From an uncultured Gemmatimonadales bacterium (GTDB taxonomy: Bacteria; Gemmatimonadota; Gemmatimonadetes; Gemmatimonadales; GWC2-71-9): a stretch of 64,000 bases of DNA. A model generated the notes under the pieces. It was not told the origin of the DNA. It did not search any database and worked only from the letters and a program-made list of their open reading frames with translations. Location of the stretch: positions 128,001 to 192,000 of the forward strand of contig CAVYSW010000006.1 of assembly GCA_963771275.1 (NCBI GenBank), read 5' to 3'. Made by a program: the position numbers and the translations under genes. The number at the start of each line of letters is the position of its first letter. The stretch's first letter is position 1. Of the stretch, positions 47,377 to 56,360 are shown piece by piece.

Positions 47377-50031
47377 GGGTTCCACCACCATTGTCACGAT
47401 CCCCCTGGCTTCCGCCCGGAACGCCACCACGCGCCGCCCGGCGTCGAGCCGCACCTCCTCGAGCACGGTCTCATCGAGCCGGGCACGCCAGGCCCGCGCG
47501 ACCGGGTACGGCCAGTGCCACGCTCCCGGCTGCTCGACATCGGTCAGGTTCACGCAGCGGACGACGATCCCGGGGCCCTCGTCGCGCGGCTTCAGGCACT
47601 TGAACGCCAGGCCCGTCCCCACCAACTCAGGTCCGGTTACCGCCTCGGGAACGTCAACCCCCCAGCGCAGCATGCGGCCTGCGAGCGGAGCGTGAAACTC
47701 CTCGGCGGCGGCTTCGACGGCATCCCATGCGGCGGCGCCGCTCCCCTCCTCGGCGGCGACCGGAACGAGGGCCAGTTCCACCCGGAACGGACCCGGCTCC
47801 TGGGCGCCCGGGGTCGGCGCCGGCCAGGCGGCGTGCCCAGGCCGCGCGCGCAGGCTGCCGCGCGACAGCTCGCCCACCGCGCGCAGCAGGGTGACCGCGA
47901 TCGCTCCATCGGGCAGCAGCTCGTACTCGTGGACCCCGCGCGCCAGGATCGTCCAGCCGCCAGCACTCACGAAGCGGTGCATCGGTCCGGTGGGCACCGG
48001 CCACTCGCGCCCGCCGCGGCCGGGTGCGCGCGCGGCCATGCTGCGGGTCACGGGCCCGAACGGCATGTCGGCGGTGGCACACCCCGGGGCGCCGACCGGG
48101 AACATCATGCGGAGCCGGTGGTTGCGGCCGAGGTTCGTTCCCTCCACCACGCAGCGCAGCAGGGAGGAGCCTGCATCCACGCGCACGAACAGCGTGCCCT
48201 GCGCGCGGCCCGGGACGACGAAGGCACGCGCGACGGCGGCGACGAGCGGCCCCTGCCAGACGACGCGCGGCGAACTCCATTCCGCGACCACGGGCGCATC
48301 GTCACGCCCGGGCTCGAACGTGTAGGTGTCGCCCTCATCCCGCTCGCTGAATAGCTGACCGACCCCCGCGAGCGTCCGATCCCCCACGAGCACCTGGAGC
48401 CCCGAGCGCTCGAACCGCACCGTTCCCCACGGCGCGGTGAGGCCGGTGCTCCGCGCGGACACTCCACGTTCCGGCGTGCCCCGTTGCTCACCACGCCGGC
48501 CGGTGGGCCGGCTCACCTCGAGCGGCAGCAGACCGAGCGCGGCTACGTCCGGCGCGTGGAGCGCTACGCGAACGGCCCACACCCGGTCCTGATCGGGATA
48601 GGCGCGCGGCGAGTCGAGCCGCTCATAGGCCTCGTAGGCCTCGAGCACCTGGTGCGGCACGATCCGTCCGGCACGGTCCCGGAGCGAGAAGCCCGGTTTC
48701 GCCCCGGGGTATGCCGCGCCACCACGCCGTCCCGGCCGGCCGACGACCACGTCGCCGAGGAACAGCGTGACGGTCGCCTCCACGAGGCCGCCGCGCGGGC
48801 GCGGCGACGGGTTCACCAGCACCAGCGCCGGGCTCCACGAAGCGCGGCCCCGCCGCGCGCGCACCGGATCCTGGCCGAGTCGCTCCAGCAGCGCGTCGTC
48901 CACCAGGCCGCGGGCCTGCAGGGTCACCGCCCGGGCGCGTGTCCCGACCTCTTCCGCCACCTCATCGGTGACACAGCCCGCGAGGACGTCGTGCGACAGG
49001 TTGAGCAGGTGGTGGCGCCATGCCCTCTCGAGCTGCGCGCGGCGGTCCCTGCCGCCGGCCGCTGCGGCCAGCGCGCTCTGCGGCTCGGCCCAGCGCACCA
49101 GCAGGGCCGCGCCCTCCGCGATGCTCCGCTTGAGGCGCGCGCGCGTCGCGTGCACCCCCTGCAGCACCCACGTGGTGCGGGACGGGCCCCGCAGCTCACC
49201 CCGAACCACCGCGATCGTCGGCGCGGCGGGGGCCGGACCCGGCATGGCTGCCCGCACGCGATCGAAGTACGTGCCGAGGGTGCCGACCTCGATCTCGTGA
49301 CCCGGCGCCGACTGCTGCAGCGCGCGCACCGCCGCCGCGAGATCGGGCTGCAGCACGTGGTGGTCCGCGCCGTTCATCACGAGCAGCACCGGGACGACGG
49401 CGCGCGGCGCGAGCGCCCGCTCGAGCTGTCGCCAGCGGGCGCGGGACCGGGATGGATCGGTGGGAAGCTCCGCGCCGTACTCGTAGCCCGCTGGTGGGAG
49501 GCGATGGGCGAGGACGCTCGACCCGTCCGGCGCCTCCCACCGGAACAGATCGGCATCGTCCCCATCATCCCCGGAATCAGTGGCGCCGCGCCACAGCACG
49601 GCTAACGCGATGCCGAAGCCCCGGAGGATTGCCGGAAGGGTGGCGGGGTGGCCGAACGCGTCCGGGCTGTAGCCCACCGGCAGCCAGCCACCGAGCTCGG
49701 CGGCCCGCTGCCGCCCGACGAGGAGGTTGCGGACCAGCGGCTCGTCACCCGCCAGCAACTCGTCGGCGAGCACGTACCACGGGCCGATCGCCAGGCGCCC
49801 GTCGCTCACCAGGGCCGCGACGCGGCTCCGCATCGCGGGCCGCACATCGAGGTAGTCGTCGATCAGCGACACCTGCCCGTCGAGGTGGAACGCGAGGGAG
49901 GGATCGCCTTCGAGCTGGCTGGTGGCGTCGTCGAGCAGGGCCACCAGCCGCTGCGCAAAGCGACTGGACGGGAGATACCACTCCCGATCCCAGTGGGTGT
50001 GCGGGACGACGACGACGCGAAACGAGGGCAT
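47374..50031 (-). CDS. Glycoside hydrolase family 38 (alpha-mannosidase/MngB-like)
   Basis: HTHWDREWY, LDGQ, IGPWYVLADE, PDAFGH, MNGADH, HDVLAGC. Confidence 0.92.
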   Translation of the reverse strand: MPSFRVVVVPHTHWDREWYLPSSRFAQRLVALLDDATSQLEGDPSLAFHLDGQVSLIDDYLDVRPAMRSRVAALVSDGRLAIGPWYVLADELLAGDEPLVRNLLVGRQRAAELGGWLPVGYSPDAFGHPATLPAILRGFGIALAVLWRGATDSGDDGDDADLFRWEAPDGSSVLAHRLPPAGYEYGAELPTDPSRSRARWRQLERALAPRAVVPVLLVMNGADHHVLQPDLAAAVRALQQSAPGHEIEVGTLGTYFDRVRAAMPGPAPAAPTIAVVRGELRGPSRTTWVLQGVHATRARLKRSIAEGAALLVRWAEPQSALAAAAGGRDRRAQLERAWRHHLLNLSHDVLAGCVTDEVAEEVGTRARAVTLQARGLVDDALLERLGQDPVRARRGRASWSPALVLVNPSPRPRGGLVEATVTLFLGDVVVGRPGRRGGAAYPGAKPGFSLRDRAGRIVPHQVLEAYEAYERLDSPRAYPDQDRVWAVRVALHAPDVAALGLLPLEVSRPTGRRGEQRGTPERGVSARSTGLTAPWGTVRFERSGLQVLVGDRTLAGVGQLFSERDEGDTYTFEPGRDDAPVVAEWSSPRVVWQGPLVAAVARAFVVPGRAQGTLFVRVDAGSSLLRCVVEGTNLGRNHRLRMMFPVGAPGCATADMPFGPVTRSMAARAPGRGGREWPVPTGPMHRFVSAGGWTILARGVHEYELLPDGAIAVTLLRAVGELSRGSLRARPGHAAWPAPTPGAQEPGPFRVELALVPVAAEEGSGAAAWDAVEAAAEEFHAPLAGRMLRWGVDVPEAVTGPELVGTGLAFKCLKPRDEGPGIVVRCVNLTDVEQPGAWHWPYPVARAWRARLDETVLEEVRLDAGRRVVAFRAEARGIVTMVVEP

Positions 50032-50109
50032 CGCTATGGAAATCTACCGTCCCCGCCCCGTGACGGCTCCGCCCGGCGCGGGGGGGACCATTACCTTTCT
50101 CCCGGACCT

Positions 50110-51894
50110 ATGACCGGTACCGCCAGTCCCCATCCCCAGATCGACCCCTCGGTGGATGCCGCCGCCCTGTTCCGGAAGGCGCGGGAGGTGTTTGCCGGCA
50201 TGTTCCATATCGAGGAGGTCGTCGCCGCGAACGACGTCCGGGCGCTGTTCATCGCCCGCCACGTCGTGCTGGAGCGCCGGGTGGCGGTGCGGGTCCACCT
50301 GCAGCCCGATACGCCGGGGCGGCGGTGGTTCGAGCGCGAGACGGTGTTGCTGGCCAACATCGACCACCCCGGGATCCGTCCGATCCACTCCGCCGGCTAT
50401 CGCGGCGCCTGGGCCTATCGCGTGAGCCGCTTCATCGAGGGCGAGAGCCTGCTCGAGGCCGTCGCCCGCGGCGCGCGCGCGATCCCGGACGTGCTCCAGA
50501 TGGCGCGCGACCTGCTGAGCGCGCTGGACTACGTCCACACCGAGCAGCTCATCCTGCGGCGCATCGTGCCGTCGTCCCTGATGCTCAATCGCGCCGGCCG
50601 GGCGATCATCACCGATCTGCGCTGGTCCAATCCCCTGCTGGATCTGGCGGGGCCCGACGTCGATCCCGCGGCGGAGGCGTTCCTGGCCCCCGAGTGTCGC
50701 GGCGGGCATCCCGGCGAGCCCGGGAGCGACATCTACACCGCCGCCGCCCTGCTCTACTTCGCGGTGGCGGGTGAGGCGCCACCCGTGAACCCGCTGGAGA
50801 TCCCGCCGCCGACCGTGCTGCGGCCGGCGTGCCCGCGCGCCCTCGAGCGCGTCGTGATGCACGCGCTCCAGTCCAATCCCGCCAAGCGCTACCTGACCGT
50901 CGCGGAGATGGCCGACGACCTGCTCTCGGACCTCGGCGACTTCGGGTTTCAGACGAGCGCGCAGCCGTTGGCGGCCGAGTCCGACCCCGCCGCGTGGGAG
51001 AAGCTGCTGCGCCGCGCGCTCGGCGACGACTACGAGCTGCTGAGCCCGCTTGGCCAGGGCGCGTTCGGGCGCGTGTACCGCGTGCGCGATCTGGCGCTGG
51101 AGCGGGAAGTCGCGCTCAAGGTGCTGCACCCCTCGCTCACGGCGGACCTGGTCGTGGTCGAGCGGTTCCGCCGCGAGGCGCAGCTCGCCGCCCAGGTGCG
51201 CCACCCGCACATCGTGGACGTGTACGACACCGGCGGCCGCGGAGGGTTGTTGTGGTACACGATGGCGTACATCCCGGGGCTCAACCTCGCGCAGCTGATC
51301 CACCAGGATGGAGCGCTGTCGGTCGAGCATGCGATCGCGTTGCTCCGGCAGGGGCTCTCCGCGCTCGGCCATGCGCACAGCCAGGGGCTGGTGCACCGCG
51401 ACCTCAAGCCCGAGAACATCCTGATCGAACGGCCGGAGTGGAAGATCCAGATCACCGACTTCGGGCTCGCGCTCGCGATCGAGGGCCTCAAGGACGACAA
51501 GCGGGTCTCGCGCTCCGGGACGCCGGAGTTCGCCGCCCCCGAGCAGATGCTCGGCGAGCCGGTGGACCATCGCGCCGATCTCTACTCGCTCACCCTGGTG
51601 GCGCTCTACGGCCTCACCGGGCACTTGCCGTTCGGCGGGGGATCGATCGAGTCCGTACTCGCCCGGCAGACGATGGGGGAGCTGCCCGACGTGCGCTCGC
51701 ACCGGGCGGACGTGCCCGGCGAGCTGATCCGCGTGCTGGCCCGCGGCGCCGCCCGCGAGCCCGCGGATCGGTTCCCCTCCGCCGAGGCCTTCGAGGACGC
51801 GCTCGAGGACGCGCTGCGGGCGGAGCGCCTCGGGGCGCTCAAGTTCTTCCGGCGGTTCCCATTCCGGCGGTGGCGATCGAGAGGAGTGCGGTGA
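50110..51894 (+). CDS. Hanks-type Ser/Thr kinase with N-terminal pseudokinase domain
   Basis: ATG 50110. Domain 2 is intact (GQGAFG, VALK, HRDLKPEN, DFG, GTPEFAAPE). Domain 1 is degenerate (VAVR, LRRIVPSS, TDLRW, LAPE). Confidence 0.9.
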   Translation: MTGTASPHPQIDPSVDAAALFRKAREVFAGMFHIEEVVAANDVRALFIARHVVLERRVAVRVHLQPDTPGRRWFERETVLLANIDHPGIRPIHSAGYRGAWAYRVSRFIEGESLLEAVARGARAIPDVLQMARDLLSALDYVHTEQLILRRIVPSSLMLNRAGRAIITDLRWSNPLLDLAGPDVDPAAEAFLAPECRGGHPGEPGSDIYTAAALLYFAVAGEAPPVNPLEIPPPTVLRPACPRALERVVMHALQSNPAKRYLTVAEMADDLLSDLGDFGFQTSAQPLAAESDPAAWEKLLRRALGDDYELLSPLGQGAFGRVYRVRDLALEREVALKVLHPSLTADLVVVERFRREAQLAAQVRHPHIVDVYDTGGRGGLLWYTMAYIPGLNLAQLIHQDGALSVEHAIALLRQGLSALGHAHSQGLVHRDLKPENILIERPEWKIQITDFGLALAIEGLKDDKRVSRSGTPEFAAPEQMLGEPVDHRADLYSLTLVALYGLTGHLPFGGGSIESVLARQTMGELPDVRSHRADVPGELIRVLARGAAREPADRFPSAEAFEDALEDALRAERLGALKFFRRFPFRRWRSRGVR

Positions 51895-51898
51895 CGGC

Positions 51899-52561
51899 GT
51901 GACGGATCGCGATCAGGACCGTGTCACGCGGGTGCGCGACGTGTTCGACGACTGGGCGCTGCGCGGCCGCGCGACGGCGATGGCGGAGAGCCACGCTCCC
52001 GTGGCGCGCCGCGCGGTGGACGCCCTCGCCCTCACCCGGACCGCGTGGTTCCTCGATATCGGCTGCGGCAACGGCTACGCCGTGCGGTGGGCCGCCGAGG
52101 CCGCGCCCGACGGCCGCGCGCTCGGGCTCGACGTCGCACCCGAGATGATTGCGCTGGCGCGCCGGCTCTCCACCGGTCACCCCAATGCCGAGTTCGCGGT
52201 CGCGCGGTTCCCCGAGCACGACCTGCCGCATGGCCGGTTCGACGCGATCTTCTCGATGGAGGTCTTCTACTATCTGCCGGACCTCGACGCGGCGCTCGCC
52301 GAGACGGTCCGGCTGCTCCGCCCGGGTGGCCGGTTCGGCTGCGCGGTGGACTACTATGGCGAGAACGCCGCAAGCCATGGCTGGCCGACCGACCTCGGCG
52401 TCGAGATGACGCTGCTCGATGCCGCGGACTGGCGGGAGGCGTTCCGCCGGGCGGGCTTCCCGACCGTGACGCAGGATCGGATTCGCATCCCCGCCGCGGA
52501 CCCGCGCGACGGGTGGAAGGAAACCGAGGGTTCGCTCATGACGATCGGAGTCCGCGCATGA
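51899..52561 (+). CDS. Class I SAM-dependent methyltransferase
   Basis: LDIGCGNG, GLD, FDAIFS, LRPGG. Confidence 0.9.
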   Translation: MTDRDQDRVTRVRDVFDDWALRGRATAMAESHAPVARRAVDALALTRTAWFLDIGCGNGYAVRWAAEAAPDGRALGLDVAPEMIALARRLSTGHPNAEFAVARFPEHDLPHGRFDAIFSMEVFYYLPDLDAALAETVRLLRPGGRFGCAVDYYGENAASHGWPTDLGVEMTLLDAADWREAFRRAGFPTVTQDRIRIPAADPRDGWKETEGSLMTIGVRA

Positions 52562-53385
52562 CCTTGCGCATCGCGCTCGCACAAATCAGCGCCGGACCGG
52601 ACGGCGCCGACAACCTGCGACGCGCACTCACCATGATGGACCGCGCCGCCGACGCCGGGGCGGCGCTCGTGGCGTTCCCGGAGCTCGCGCTGCTGCCGTT
52701 CTTCCCGCAGTGGGAGCAATACGCCGGCGCGCGCGCGCTGGCCGAGCCAATCCCCGGCCCCACCAGCGGCCGTATCGCGGCCAAGGCGGCGCAGCGCGGG
52801 CTCGTCACCGTGTTCAACCTGTACGAGGAATCGGGCGGCCAGTACTTCGACAGCTCGCCCGTGTTCGACGCCGACGGCACGCTGCTCGGCGTCACACGGA
52901 TGGTGCACATCACCAACTATGCGTGCTTCCACGAGCGGGCCTACTACGCACCCGGCGACCGCGGTGCGCCTGTCTACCAGACGCGCGTTGGGCGGGTGGG
53001 CGTCGCGATCTGCTACGATCGTCACTACCCGGAGTACATGCGGGCGCTCGGCCTGGGCGGCGCGGACCTCGTGGTGATCCCGCAGGCGGGCGCGCTCGAC
53101 GAGTGGCCCGAGGGCATGTACGAGGCCGAGCTGCGGACGGCCGCGTTCCAGAACGGCTACTTCGCGGCGCTGTGCAACCGCGTGGGGATCGAGGACCGGC
53201 TCATCTTCGGGGGCGAGTCGTTCGTCACGAGCCCCACCGGCGAGATCCTGGCGCGCGGCAAGCGGCTGGAGGAAGACCTCCTGCTCACCGACGTCGATCT
53301 CGCCGCGTGCGCCAAGTCGCCCGCCCGCACGCTGTTCCTCAAGGACCGGAGGCCGGAGGTGTACGGGGGGTGGGGGCTGGGCTAG
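52558..53385 (+). CDS. Carbon-nitrogen hydrolase (nitrilase superfamily, N-carbamoylputrescine amidase/beta-ureidopropionase-like)
   Basis: ATG 52558; FPEL, ICYDRHYPE, NRVG, FGGES, DRRPE. The usual RKxH reads RMVH. Confidence 0.88.
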   Translation: MTLRIALAQISAGPDGADNLRRALTMMDRAADAGAALVAFPELALLPFFPQWEQYAGARALAEPIPGPTSGRIAAKAAQRGLVTVFNLYEESGGQYFDSSPVFDADGTLLGVTRMVHITNYACFHERAYYAPGDRGAPVYQTRVGRVGVAICYDRHYPEYMRALGLGGADLVVIPQAGALDEWPEGMYEAELRTAAFQNGYFAALCNRVGIEDRLIFGGESFVTSPTGEILARGKRLEEDLLLTDVDLAACAKSPARTLFLKDRRPEVYGGWGLG

Positions 53386-53440
53386 ATCCTCGGGTGTGTC
53401 GTGGACCCTCCTATGCTCTTGTACCCTCCCGTCGGTTTGC

Positions 53441-53537
53441 AGTAGGACGCCGCTCAAGCGGCTACTCGGCACCATCTGTCGCGCGAGGGCGACGGGGTCC
53501 GAGGGGTGCCAGAATCCCGAGTAAAGCTCACCCTACT
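53441..53537. ncRNA. Candidate structured RNA (unassigned)
   Basis: Nested pairings AGTAGG/CCTACT, TACTCG/CGAGTA, GCACC/GGTGC, plus hairpins GCCGC-TCAA-GCGGC and GTCGC...GCGAC, in a 216-bp intergenic gap. No family recognised. Confidence 0.3.
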
Positions 53538-53601
53538 TCTGGTAGCAGTTGCGCGGGGAGTCGAGCGCCCCCACGTTAGGGGAAGGGATCGCCGCACCCT
53601 T

Positions 53602-55716
53602 ATGTTCGCGCTCGTCCTGGCCCTCCAAGTCCCACAAGCCGCGCCGCCCGTCTGCGAGGCCAGTTGGCCGCGTCCCACCGTCTCCTGGGACAGCTCGGCT
53701 ACCAGAGACTCGATGACGGCCCGCCTCCGCGAGGCCGCGCGCGCCGCGCCCAAGGACGGCGAGGCGTGGCTGGCTTACGGCCTCTTCCTCACCGTCACCA
53801 GCAGCGAGAACCTGAGCGACTGGCGCGGGCGCTTCGAGGCCCAGAAGGCGCTCGATCAGGCGCTGCGGCTGCTGCCCGGCGACCCCCGTCCGCTCGCAGC
53901 GTTCGCCGTCCTCCGGCGGAAGCAGGGGGCGCGCGTTGATGCACGGCGCCTGATCCGGCATGCCACCGGCATGGTGGCGAACGGGAAGGGCGACATCGGC
54001 CACTGCTTCGAGGCCGAGTTGTACTACCAGATGGCGATGATCTACCGCACGTGGTGGGACGACTGGGAAGGCATGACGTTCATGGGCGGCGCGGTCGGCT
54101 CCATGCTGCCGTGCGTCACCAAGCAGCCTCGCAGCCCCGACACCCGCGAGGAGATGGCGTGCCCCGAGAACTTCTACGACGCCATGAGCCGCCGGGCGGA
54201 TCTCACGCAGCATGCGGTTCAAGGACCGCGACGCGATGATCGAGAACCTCGAGGCGGCGGTCGCCGCGAATCCGCGGCACCGGGACGCGCAGCACGCCCT
54301 CCTGCTGGCCCTCTACGAGCTGCAAGACCACGAGCGGTTCGCCAGGGTGCTGCGCACCGCAATCGTGGCGGACTCCCTCGATCCGTGGCTTCCGCTCTGG
54401 GGGGCAACCGAGGCGTACGCCCGGCGCGACATCGCGCGCAGTGAGCGGTTCGTGCAAGCAGGGTTGCGACTGCTCCCGGCTTCCGAGCGGGAGGCGCTGC
54501 TCTCGGTGGCGCGCATCGTGCCGCCACGCATGGACGCGACCTGGAACCCTGACAACGACTCCCTCTACTGGCGGGCCGCCGATCCGCTGCTGCTGACCGA
54601 CGTGAACGAGCGGCTGCTGGCGCACGTCGCGCGCGTCACGTACGCCGTGACGAAGTACAATGCGCCGCAGATGGGCATGCGCGGGCCCGACACGAACGCC
54701 GGGTTCATGTTCGTCCGGTACGGTCGCCCCTGGCGGCGCTGGCATGATCCGGCTTCGGCGGTCGGCACCGCGAGCTGATCTGGGCCATGGACTCGACCAA
54801 CGGGCCGCTCCGGCTGGCAGCGCGCCGTCACCATGCAGCGCTGGCGGTTCGACGAGGAGAGCGCAGGGCACGATCTACGCCTACGCGGAGAGCGTGCCGG
54901 AGCGGTGGAACGCGCGGGAGGTGTTCGACACGCTCGATTTCCTCCCCGTCGAGGCCGCCCGCTTCGAGGACGCGGGGCACACGGTGCTGGACGTGTACGC
55001 GCTGTGGCGGAACCCGTACACCGACGTCACGCCGGACTCGCGTGCGCATCGGCTTCTTCGTCAGCGACGCGGCCATGAACCCGCTCGTCGATCGTCGCCA
55101 GGTCGTCACCCGGCCGGGCGCGCGTATCCGGCTCCAGTTCCGGGCGCCGCTCGGCCCCGCGTTCTACTGGTACCGGGTGGAGACGCTCACGGGGCCCATG
55201 CGCGCCGCCGGCCGAGTGCGGGCGTCGCTCCAGGTCACCGCTCCCGCGCTCGACTCGCTCCGCACCAGCGACCTCCTGCTCGGGAGATCGAGCCGGGAGC
55301 CGCCGCTCACGATTCTCCACCGGGACAGCCTCCGCATCGATCCGCTCTACAACCTGGAGCTGGCGCCGGGCGACTCGCTGGTGGTGTACTGGGAGACGTA
55401 TGGCCTGAGGCCCGACTCGACCGGCACCGTGCGCTACCACGTCACCTTCGATGCGCGCGAAGCGGATCGCGGCGCGCTCGCCGAGGTGATCGCGCGCCTG
55501 GGCGCGGCGATCGGCGTGGGGCGGCGCAGCGGCCTCTCGGTGGAGTGGGACGTGGACGCGCCCGCCACCGACGGCGTGCGGCGGGATGTGCTGGCGGTGG
55601 GTCCCGCTGCGTGGAAACCGGGCACCTATGTCCTTCGGGTCCGAATCGACGAGCGCGGATCGGGCCGCACCGCCGTGTCGGAGCGACGCGTGGTCATGGG
55701 GAATGCGGGATCCTGA
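53602..55716 (+). pseudogene. Secreted TPR + GWxTD-like domain protein, interrupted by several frameshifts (possibly sequencing errors)
   Basis: ATG 53602; TPR-like helices; YWRAADP..TDVNE..HVARVTYA...GPDTNAGFMFVRYGRP matches the GWxTD-domain pattern; C-terminal YWETYGL...PGTYVLRV. The coding frame jumps near 54205, 54745, 54817, 54866 and 55041. Confidence 0.65.
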
Positions 55717-55788
55717 CGGATTCGGCCACTTCTGCTCTCCGCGATTCAACCATGGCCGCGAGAGGCAACTGCTGCCGGTGAGGGCACC

Positions 55789-56244
55789 ATGCCGCCTTCC
55801 GACTCTCCTCATTTGTGGGTTGATCGTGGCATGCTCGGCCGCCCCGAGATCCACATCGCTCCAGAACCTCGCTTGCCGGCGGGCAGACAACTTGAAGGCG
55901 ACCCCTATGCCGCCGGATTCGACCGCGCCCACGCATTCCTGGTCGCACAGGGCTTCGACGTGCAGCGGCAGGTCGCCTCTACCAGTCACCCCGAGTTTGA
56001 GTTCAGGGCAACGCGCGAGCGGACAGTGGGTGGCGACGGGACGGGGCGGCGCCGGGACGAGGTGCGTGTGACGTGGCGGCCCGCCACGTCCGGCGAAGCG
56101 ATCGGCCGGGTGGGCATGACGCCGAGCACCGTCGACATTCGTGTGACGTGTTACGAGTTGCTCCCAACGGGCAAGTGGCGGGCGGTCGACCCGGAGCCAC
56201 TGCGCAACCTGGCAGAGGCGATCAAGCGCGAGTTCGCATCCTAG
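55789..56244 (+). CDS. Hypothetical protein, probably a lipoprotein with a frameshifted N-terminus
   Basis: 151-aa ORF. The adjacent frame immediately after the ATG reads RLPTLLICGLIVAC-SAAP (lipobox). Confidence 0.45.
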   Translation: MPPSDSPHLWVDRGMLGRPEIHIAPEPRLPAGRQLEGDPYAAGFDRAHAFLVAQGFDVQRQVASTSHPEFEFRATRERTVGGDGTGRRRDEVRVTWRPATSGEAIGRVGMTPSTVDIRVTCYELLPTGKWRAVDPEPLRNLAEAIKREFAS

Positions 56245-56360
56245 CGAACCCCGATACGGGGGGGGCGTCCCACAGCCCCCACTGCCGCCCCTGCCCTCAC
56301 TTCCGCCCCTGCCCCTCCCGCCGCTACCGCGCCCCACCCGTCCGCCCCTATACTCTACCC

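Noticed and set aside
53441..53537. Fluoride or SAM riboswitch, tRNA-Sec, 6S RNA
   Set aside because: Only fragmentary resemblance (GATGG...CCTAC, GGTGCC). The conserved cores and a correctly oriented downstream gene are missing.
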